DNA of 64,000 nucleotides from the IMG/VR virus record IMGVR_UViG_3300042307_002096, positions 14,041 to 78,040 of that record; one strand, given 5' to 3'. The notes beneath the pieces are model-generated. The model ran no database searches, had not been told where the DNA came from, and was given only the letters and a program-made list of their open reading frames with translations. Below are positions 57,030 through 64,000 of this stretch, piece by piece (within the stretch, counting starts at the first letter, position 1; the number at the start of each line of letters is the position of its first letter). A program made the position numbers and the translations under genes. This stretch comes from a virus.

Positions 57030-58004
57030 ATGAATATTTTAATAACAGGTGGTCATGGTTTTATTGGGAGCAATTTTATTAAGAATGTAATTGATAATCC
57101 TAACGTCAATTGCATTGTAAACGTCGATTGTCCGTCACGTCTTTCGTCAGCTGCCGATTTAAAAAATGTAAGCTCTTTTAACTTACATCCAAAATATAAT
57201 TTTTATGATTTATGGTTAGAAACGATTTCAGGTTCAATTAAAGGTGGGTCATTTAGACAAATTTTAAAAAAGCATGAAATCACTCACATTATTCACTTTG
57301 CTGCTGAAACGCATGTTGATAATTCCATTTTTGATCCAGCAAGATTTATTCAATCTAATATAGTAGGAACTTTTAATTTGTTGGAATTTGTAAGGGAATT
57401 TCCACATATTCGCTTTCATCATATTTCTACCGACGAAGTTTATGGAAGTTTAGGAGAGACAGGTAAATTTACAGAAACTACTCCATACGCTCCAAACTCT
57501 CCATACTCTGCATCCAAAGCATCAAGCGATATGTTAGTTAGAGCGTATTTTCATACATATAAGCTGTTTGTAACTATTTCTAACTGTTCGAACAACTATG
57601 GACCAAACCAACATAAAGAAAAATTTATTCCTGTTGTTATCAATTCCATTTTAAATAATAAAAAAATTCCAGTTTACGGTACAGGAACCAATGTCAGAGA
57701 TTGGATTTATGTAGATGATCACTGTGATGCTATTTGGACAATTGTAACGCAAGGTATGATTGGAGAAACATATAATGCTGGAGGAGATTGCGAAAAAACT
57801 AATCTACAAATTATTAGAGACATATGTGATGTCATGGAGGTTAATCCAAATAACTATATTTCTTTTGTAGAGGACCGTAAGGGACATGATTTTCGGTATG
57901 CTATTGATAATTTTAAAATAAATACTAATCTCGGCTGGAAACCAAAAATTTCTTTTTCCGAGGGAATTAAAAAAACCGTGGATTTTTACATTAACAAATT
58001 ATGA
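57030..58004 (+). CDS. rfbB: dTDP-glucose 4,6-dehydratase
   Basis: TGGHGFIG, AAETHVDNS, STDEVYG, PYSASK, NCSNNYGP, RDWIYVDDH, DRKGHDFRY. Confidence 0.93.
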   Translation: MNILITGGHGFIGSNFIKNVIDNPNVNCIVNVDCPSRLSSAADLKNVSSFNLHPKYNFYDLWLETISGSIKGGSFRQILKKHEITHIIHFAAETHVDNSIFDPARFIQSNIVGTFNLLEFVREFPHIRFHHISTDEVYGSLGETGKFTETTPYAPNSPYSASKASSDMLVRAYFHTYKLFVTISNCSNNYGPNQHKEKFIPVVINSILNNKKIPVYGTGTNVRDWIYVDDHCDAIWTIVTQGMIGETYNAGGDCEKTNLQIIRDICDVMEVNPNNYISFVEDRKGHDFRYAIDNFKINTNLGWKPKISFSEGIKKTVDFYINKL

Positions 58005-58261
58005 ACATCGATCAAATTATTGAACAAATTGGAACAGCTTTAGAAAATTTTGAATTTAGCACAATTTCAGAAGAAATTAAAGTGTCCGCACTAAACGAAG
58101 CAAACCAAATTTTGTATCCATTAAAAGAGCAAGGAGTAATTGAAGACTATCAATTTGCTGTTAGTTCTATTGGAAATATTATTGATGTATCAGTTTTTAT
58201 TAAAGAGTTACCTGACCAAGAATTTAGTCGTTGGGATTTGACTATTACAAACCAAAGTTGA
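58001..58261 (+). CDS. hypothetical protein
   Basis: ORF track. Confidence 0.5.
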   Translation: MNIDQIIEQIGTALENFEFSTISEEIKVSALNEANQILYPLKEQGVIEDYQFAVSSIGNIIDVSVFIKELPDQEFSRWDLTITNQS

Positions 58262-58311
58262 CATTCACAGCTTAGTGTAGTATATTTAAGTTTGGGCCAA
58301 ACTTAAATATT

Positions 58312-58599
58312 ATGGAAAACATTATCAAAGAAATTACAGAATTAACAAAAGAGTGGTATTTTTTAATTGGACCTGGACACCACAAAGATAAAGATTGTCA
58401 TTGGTATGTAGAGACAAAATGGAGTTACGGCCATCCTCCAACATATACAGTTCGACATTGGGGGTATATTCTAGATTATCTTGAAAAAGAATACAGTTCA
58501 TATGAAGAGGCGCTTGTTGGATTAAAAGACATGTTGATAGGATACATAAAACAAGAAAAGAAAGACCAAGAAGAGGCCCGTGGAGAAGATGGATGGTAA
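58312..58599 (+). CDS. hypothetical protein
   Basis: TTGACA promoter at 58258. Confidence 0.6.
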   Translation: MENIIKEITELTKEWYFLIGPGHHKDKDCHWYVETKWSYGHPPTYTVRHWGYILDYLEKEYSSYEEALVGLKDMLIGYIKQEKKDQEEARGEDGW

Positions 58600-58600
58600 T

Positions 58601-59308
58601 ATGAAAACATTAAACAAAGAAACCCCAATTTTATTTCTAGGAGATCATCATGGGGAATGGGATCTTGTTTTTAATATTATAATATCTAAAAAAATAGACA
58701 ATTGTTACATTATTTGTGTTGGAGATGGTGGAGAGGGATTTATTCATAAAGAAAAACAACTAAGACAGTTTGAACTTTTAAATAATCGTTTTAAAAAATA
58801 TAACATAGAATACAAAAGCATAAGAGGAAATCACTCAGATCCATCTTATTTTCAAGGACTTGATAGAGTTTCTTTGAGTAACTTTGAACTGATTGAAGAT
58901 TACACAATAGCCGAATATAATGGTAAAAAAATTCAATTCATTGGTGGTGCTGTTTCTATTGATAGAACATCTAGAACCGAAGGACGTTCTTATTGGAAAG
59001 GAGAAGCTGTTAATTTTGAAAAAGACAAGTGCGAAAAAGTAGATATTCTGGTAACTCATACTGCTCCTTCTTGGTGCTTTCCGCAACAGTTTAATGAAAG
59101 GGTTTATGGTTGGGCAAGAGAAGATGCTTATTTACTAGAAGATCTAACCGAAGAACGAGCAATTATGGATGAAATTTGTAAACTTTGTAAACCAAGAACT
59201 CATCTATACGGACACTTTCATAGTTCTTGGACCGAAAGAGTAAATGGCTGTGTGCATAAACTTTTGGATATTAATGAAATTTGGGAGAATTCTTCTTATG
59301 ATTCTTAA
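58601..59308 (+). CDS. calcineurin-like metallophosphoesterase
   Basis: GDHHG, GD, RGNH, THTAP, YGHFH. Confidence 0.85.
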   Translation: MKTLNKETPILFLGDHHGEWDLVFNIIISKKIDNCYIICVGDGGEGFIHKEKQLRQFELLNNRFKKYNIEYKSIRGNHSDPSYFQGLDRVSLSNFELIEDYTIAEYNGKKIQFIGGAVSIDRTSRTEGRSYWKGEAVNFEKDKCEKVDILVTHTAPSWCFPQQFNERVYGWAREDAYLLEDLTEERAIMDEICKLCKPRTHLYGHFHSSWTERVNGCVHKLLDINEIWENSSYDS

Positions 59309-59531
59309 AAGAATAAGTAACATAATGGAGGAAGCAGTTACAACTACAGAATTTTCATTCTATAATTCTTCTTTATATAAAGAATTCTTAGAAGAAAAAG
59401 AGGAAATTTTAAAGCATAAATGGCTAGAGAGCGAAAAAAAGGGATATGATATTGGGTATAGCGCTGCTCTAATCGATTGGATTTTAAAACACAGAAGCGA
59501 CTGGAGAAAATATAAAAACGATGAAAAATAG
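59298..59531 (+). CDS. DUF4032-like small protein
   Basis: SSLYKEF..E.EEILKHKWLESEK.GYDIG...AL.DW. Confidence 0.7.
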   Translation: MILKRISNIMEEAVTTTEFSFYNSSLYKEFLEEKEEILKHKWLESEKKGYDIGYSAALIDWILKHRSDWRKYKNDEK

Positions 59532-59624
59532 AACAAAAAAGGCCTTAGCAGTAGCAATATTTTTTCTAGCATCAATTTGTTATTTTTGGTTGATGTTTTT
59601 TGCAAAGTAGTATAGTATTATTAG

Positions 59625-60713
59625 ATGAAGGTTAGTCTTCCTACAAAAGAGGAATTTTGCGTTAGAGATTGCGTTATTGCAAATACCGCTTGCAAATTAG
59701 TTTTCCCTTTTAAAATTGACGTCAAATGGAACGAGCAAAATAAAATATTTCGCTCATCTATTTGGACAAATGACGGAGAGCTTGTCAGCGGATCATTTAA
59801 AAAATTTACAAATCTTGGTGAACAACCAGAATTTGAACCGCTTGATATCGACTCCGACATTGAATTTATCCACAAGTTAGATGGATCAACTCTGATTGTT
59901 TCAAAGTTTAAAAGAGAGCTAATTGTTAGAACAAGAGGAACACACGATGCAACTATTTTGGATAATGGCGACGAGATTCCTTTTTTAAAACAAAAATATC
60001 CTTTGGTTTTTGATAATAGCCTTTTGAATAGCGAGCAATATTCAATTGTTTGCGAATGGTATTCACCAAGAAATGTTATAGTTGAAAGAGAAGCAGAAGA
60101 ACCAACTCTTTGGCTTACTGGAGTAATAAAGCATGAAGACTATTCTTATCTACCTCAAAAACAATTAGATAGTCTTGCCTCGGAATGGAAATTAGAAAGA
60201 CCACTTCGATATCACTTTAATTCACTATCCTCAATGATTGAATCTGTCAATCAATGGAAGAAAGGAGAAGGGATTGTCATTTATGGCAATAACGGACAGG
60301 TACTCAAGAAAACCAAATCTGATCGTTATCTTCTTCTGCACAAGATTAAATCACAATTAAATTCTACTAAAAACCTTATTGAATTTTATATAGAAAAAGA
60401 AATGCCCTCCGCAGAAGATTTTTATAAAATAATTGAAACTGATTTTGATTATGAAATTGCTTTTCAATTAAAAGATGAGATTAAAAAAATTTGTGAAGCG
60501 GGGGAAAAATCAAAAAAATATATTGATTATGTTCTAGAAGTAGTGCATGATATCAGAAAAGTGGAAACCAGAAAAGAACAAGCACTAATGATTAAAGGAA
60601 ATTTTAAAGAAAATTCCTCATTTGTATTTTCTGTTTTAGATGGTAAAATAATAACAAAAGAACAGTGGGCAAAACTTATAAATCAAAATTATGAAAGCCA
60701 AAGAACTAATTGA
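59625..60713 (+). CDS. RNA ligase (T4 Rnl1-like)
   Basis: KKFTNLGE, motif I KLDGS, EGIVI, KKTKSDRY. Confidence 0.75.
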   Translation: MKVSLPTKEEFCVRDCVIANTACKLVFPFKIDVKWNEQNKIFRSSIWTNDGELVSGSFKKFTNLGEQPEFEPLDIDSDIEFIHKLDGSTLIVSKFKRELIVRTRGTHDATILDNGDEIPFLKQKYPLVFDNSLLNSEQYSIVCEWYSPRNVIVEREAEEPTLWLTGVIKHEDYSYLPQKQLDSLASEWKLERPLRYHFNSLSSMIESVNQWKKGEGIVIYGNNGQVLKKTKSDRYLLLHKIKSQLNSTKNLIEFYIEKEMPSAEDFYKIIETDFDYEIAFQLKDEIKKICEAGEKSKKYIDYVLEVVHDIRKVETRKEQALMIKGNFKENSSFVFSVLDGKIITKEQWAKLINQNYESQRTN

Positions 60714-60900
60714 AGTATTACAAAAACTAGATCCAGAAACACTCATACTTGTAGATGGTTATGAAGCAGATTACGATACCCCTGAAGAAGCTGTAGAAAC
60801 AATAGTGTGCGAACAACATACCGAATGGCATTATGGTGATTATCAAATTTGCCAGAAAGAAGATCCGGCCGCGATAAAAGCAATTCTATTGTCGCGTTAA
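60691..60900 (+). CDS. hypothetical protein
   Basis: MK.KELIE.LQK.DPE...LVDGYE pattern common in phages. Confidence 0.6.
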   Translation: MKAKELIEVLQKLDPETLILVDGYEADYDTPEEAVETIVCEQHTEWHYGDYQICQKEDPAAIKAILLSR

Positions 60901-60904
60901 ACGT

Positions 60905-61294
60905 ATGAATATTAATTTTGAAATACCTGATATTGAAATAATTAGCGAAAAAAAATGCACAGAACTTGGAATACAACAATCGTCCAGATTTACAATGAAA
61001 CATACTGAAACCTTTATGAGCAAGGTTGAAGAATATGTTTTGCTTTTAGGATTGCACTGTCCCAATATGTATCCTATATTTACCTCCCTTTTGGTAGAAG
61101 GAAAGATAGAAGTGCAATTTAAAAACTATATTGAGAGATTGGTTTTAGTACAGCGCCTGGAAAACATTAACATCAGAAATGCTTTTGAAATTTTCGAAAA
61201 AACTAAAGAAGTAATAGCATGGAGAATGAATCATCCAGAAACTTCTTCAGAACACACGCAACGGATTATAATCCAAAATAGAAGAAACTTATGA
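60905..61294 (+). CDS. hypothetical protein
   Basis: ORF track. Confidence 0.55.
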   Translation: MNINFEIPDIEIISEKKCTELGIQQSSRFTMKHTETFMSKVEEYVLLLGLHCPNMYPIFTSLLVEGKIEVQFKNYIERLVLVQRLENINIRNAFEIFEKTKEVIAWRMNHPETSSEHTQRIIIQNRRNL

Positions 61295-61677
61295 AAATAA
61301 AAAACACACTATTAGCACTAATTGGAGCTAGCTTGATGTCTTGCTCTAACACACCAAAGAATACAGAAGCTTGGATGGCAAACCAAAAAAATGCCTGCCT
61401 TCCGACAGCAATTGCGTTTAGGGAAGGTTTGAGAAAATATGATGTATGGTCGGAGGTTTTGAGATACGAATGGATTGACGCGAAAACCAAAAAAGCAAAA
61501 GGTCATGCTATAGTTGCTTATATGTACCCAAAAGGAAAAAACCAGCTATGGACTTACGATTTTTGGGGCAGTTATAGGGTCAGGGCTTTTAAAGATGACC
61601 CATTACAAATAGCCAGAGAAGCCGTAAAAGTTCGTTACGAAGATAGAGACGTTTACCTTGCAGAATTTATAAAATAA
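61291..61677 (+). CDS. lipoprotein, possibly with a Cys-His-Asp (papain/transglutaminase-like) triad
   Basis: Lipobox LMSC; NAC...GHA...YD. Confidence 0.55.
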   Translation: MKIKNTLLALIGASLMSCSNTPKNTEAWMANQKNACLPTAIAFREGLRKYDVWSEVLRYEWIDAKTKKAKGHAIVAYMYPKGKNQLWTYDFWGSYRVRAFKDDPLQIAREAVKVRYEDRDVYLAEFIK

Positions 61678-61680
61678 TTT

Positions 61681-61956
61681 ATGTATTTTAATTTTTTAAT
61701 AAGAAACTTTTGCAAACCAAGAAAAAAATTTAAAAAGTATTTTTCCTTTTACAAACAGCTTTCCAAATACAAAAATGTAGAATTTGAAACGTGTTACTCA
61801 GGATACAGCATTTTTCAATTTGAGTTAGATTTTTGTCCAATTGCAAAAGATCATGGCGGTTTAAGTTTAACTTTAAATTTTTTGGGATTTGAAGCAGGCC
61901 TGAGAATTTATGATTCCAGACATTGGGATTATAAAAATTGGTCTTGGGAAGAATGA
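61681..61956 (+). CDS. hypothetical protein
   Basis: ORF track. Confidence 0.55.
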   Translation: MYFNFLIRNFCKPRKKFKKYFSFYKQLSKYKNVEFETCYSGYSIFQFELDFCPIAKDHGGLSLTLNFLGFEAGLRIYDSRHWDYKNWSWEE

Positions 61957-61993
61957 TATTGACATAGTTGTAAAATATATTAATATTAGAAGT

Positions 61994-62503
61994 ATGGATA
62001 AAGAAATTGAATTAGAACTTGTAAAAAAATACCCTAAAATTCTTAGAGATTATAAAGGTGATCCAATGCAAACATGCATGGCATGGGGTGTGGATACGGA
62101 ACGCGGGTGGTACGATCTTCTCGACAAGTGCATGGAGAAACTTCAATACTTTTGTGATTTTTGTACAAAAAATGGTAATCCAATTCAAGTTGTAGCAACA
62201 ACCATCAAGGAGAAGTATGGAACGCTCAGTTTTTATTATAGTGGAGAAGGTGGAACAAAAATAGATTGGGATATCATCGACGATATTATTTCTCAAACAG
62301 AAAGGCATTCTGCTCAAGTTTGTGAAGTTTCTGGAGAATATGGTCTTCTTTGTTCAAAAGGAGGTTGGTATAAGACTCTTTGTTATGAAGAAGCAAGAAA
62401 ACTAGGATATAAAGCTTGCGACGAATCAACCGAAGCTTATTGGAAAGAAAAAGACGCAAAAGGAGAAAAAAATGACGACCACGAAGAACTTGGAACAGCT
62501 TGA
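61994..62503 (+). CDS. hypothetical phage protein
   Basis: GW...IKEKYGTL.FY...CEV.G...GW..TLC; promoter TTGACA-N16-TAATAT (61959-61986). Confidence 0.7.
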   Translation: MDKEIELELVKKYPKILRDYKGDPMQTCMAWGVDTERGWYDLLDKCMEKLQYFCDFCTKNGNPIQVVATTIKEKYGTLSFYYSGEGGTKIDWDIIDDIISQTERHSAQVCEVSGEYGLLCSKGGWYKTLCYEEARKLGYKACDESTEAYWKEKDAKGEKNDDHEELGTA

Positions 62504-62837
62504 AGAGTTTGCATTTTATGAAAGCGGATTATCCGTCGACGGATGTTTGCAAAAATTAGATTCTTATACACTTGAAGCCATTGAAAGATATGGTAGAATT
62601 CTTGTACAAAAACAAAAAGAAAACTTTATAGAAGGATTTCAAGGAACTTGTTATTGCTGTGAACCCGTGGGCATTCTTAATCAAAAACTTGAAGAAGCAG
62701 CAAGAAAACTTTACGGAGTGGTTCTCCATTTAAACGCAGTAGCACAAGATAAACCAATCGTAGTTGTTGGAGAAAGCCTATACAACGAAACAGTAGATGC
62801 TATTAAAGCATATGAAGATTATGAATCAAATTTTTGA
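62472..62837 (+). CDS. hypothetical protein
   Basis: ORF track. Confidence 0.55.
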   Translation: MTTTKNLEQLEEFAFYESGLSVDGCLQKLDSYTLEAIERYGRILVQKQKENFIEGFQGTCYCCEPVGILNQKLEEAARKLYGVVLHLNAVAQDKPIVVVGESLYNETVDAIKAYEDYESNF

Positions 62838-62985
62838 AAAAATTTTATTCTTTCTGATTGTAGTTGTGATGCTATTATCGGCTTGTTTTTTTAATTATTA
62901 TATACAAACACAAAGCAATTTAGATATGGAGGAACTAAATGAAATGGTTGAAAAGGAAATACAAGAAACTCATGGAAAAAACTAA
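62821..62985 (+). CDS. small membrane protein
   Basis: Single TM. Confidence 0.45.
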   Translation: MNQIFEKILFFLIVVVMLLSACFFNYYIQTQSNLDMEELNEMVEKEIQETHGKN

Positions 62986-63241
62986 ATACAAATTCGTAGA
63001 AACTACGGGATGTACGGCATTTAATTTTACAGTAAACGGCAAGCAATTTTTGGAAGTTTCAGATCAAGAGTATGACGAAATGCTAGATTATATTTTTGTA
63101 AAAATTAAAGAAGGCATCAATGAACAAACAATTCCTCTAGAAGAAGTTGTAAAATTGTTTCAGTATGATGATTATGAACATGATCCAGAGCCTTGCGGCC
63201 AATGTTTCGACACGATTTCGACAACAACTTGGAACATATGA
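62972..63241 (+). CDS. hypothetical protein
   Basis: ORF track; coupled to the next gene (ATGA). Confidence 0.55.
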   Translation: MEKTKYKFVETTGCTAFNFTVNGKQFLEVSDQEYDEMLDYIFVKIKEGINEQTIPLEEVVKLFQYDDYEHDPEPCGQCFDTISTTTWNI

Positions 63242-63507
63242 TTAAAGAACTAATATACCAAATATCTGGCTTGCTAATGACATTTTGTTACTTGTTTTGC
63301 ACAATACCTCAAATTATTAAAACAATTAAAACAAAATCAGCCAAAGATATATCAGTTGGTTCTTTGGGCTTGGTAGTTTCGGGTCATATATTTTCTATTG
63401 TATATGCAACATTTGGGAGCAATAATATTTGGGTTTTTATTTGTGCGTTGGGCGGTCTTTTATTGACAACTACTATGTTAATTCTTTGGAACAAATACGG
63501 AAAATAA
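63238..63507 (+). CDS. SemiSWEET/PQ-loop family membrane protein
   Basis: 89 aa, 3 TM, IPQIIKTIKTKSAKDIS signature. Confidence 0.85.
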   Translation: MIKELIYQISGLLMTFCYLFCTIPQIIKTIKTKSAKDISVGSLGLVVSGHIFSIVYATFGSNNIWVFICALGGLLLTTTMLILWNKYGK

Positions 63508-63511
63508 TATT

Positions 63512-64000
63512 ATGATTTTAGCACTATCTGATCTACATTTAGGTAGCCCAATCTGTCAAGCAAGTTTGACTCTACATCTATTAGAAAACGAAAAATACGA
63601 TACTCTAATAATATGCGGAGACTTGTTAGATAGTTACAATATTCACAGACTTTGCAAAACACAATGGAAAGTTCTTTCGGCTTTAAGAAAAATTTCAAAA
63701 AATAAAAAATGTATTTTTATTAAAGGTAATCACGATAAGGATTTAGAGACAATTTCGGCTCTCCTAGGCTTTGAATTTGTGGACGAATACATTCAGGAAA
63801 TTAATAGAAAAAAAATTCTTTTCACTCACGGAGACAAGTTTGATTTTTTTATTACCGCTAGACCATTTCTAACTGAACTTGCTTCTGGTGTATACTATCT
63901 TCTGCAAAAGTTAGACAAGAAACAAAAACTTACAAGAAAGCTTAAAACCAAGATTAAAACCTGGCACGGCGCGGCGCACGACTTAACCGTTCGAATTGCT
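63512..64000 (+). CDS. LpxH-like metallophosphoesterase (truncated by window end; not in ORF track)
   Basis: Translated by hand: MILALSDLHLGS...CGDLLD...KGNHD...FTHGDKFD. Confidence 0.8.
   Translation, partial: MILALSDLHLGSPICQASLTLHLLENEKYDTLIICGDLLDSYNIHRLCKTQWKVLSALRKISKNKKCIFIKGNHDKDLETISALLGFEFVDEYIQEINRKKILFTHGDKFDFFITARPFLTELASGVYYLLQKLDKKQKLTRKLKTKIKTWHGAAHDLTVRIA

Noticed and set aside
63510-63698. 62-aa minus-strand ORF
   Set aside because: The plus strand carries a clear metallophosphoesterase running off the window end.

Overview
This 64 kb window is AT-rich and belongs to a large T4-like myophage (contractile tail). A Verrucomicrobia/PVC host is a weak inference from two host-like genes. 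Modules in order: (1) membrane/LysM proteins, hpt and an RNA ligase; (2) a tmRNA plus a tRNA cluster (3248-6559) containing several atypical tRNAs and an antisense homing-type endonuclease; (3) DNA ligase; (4) a lysis cassette (u-spanin-like, holin-like, endolysin) that is translationally coupled to an effector-less PAS-LOV protein and a coiled-coil membrane protein; (5) primase, probable internal head proteins and queD/queE; (6) a ~340 nt structured non-coding segment; (7) the T4 core uvsY-uvsW-55-47-46-43-uvsX-41-32-45, with an eight-gene glycosyl/methyltransferase island between genes 47 and 46, plus folE; (8) terminase, gp3-like, sheath and tube genes; (9) accessory genes (two deaminases, rfbB, a second RNA ligase, SemiSWEET-like, LpxH-like). 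The strongest candidate for an undescribed system is a light/redox-sensing LOV protein embedded in the lysis operon. Also notable: a tRNA-Thr with a 32-nt anticodon-loop insertion, a tRNA-Ser(AGA), a tmRNA with a 33-codon tag, and apparently widespread leaderless transcription. All calls come from motifs and synteny read by eye; no database searches were run.
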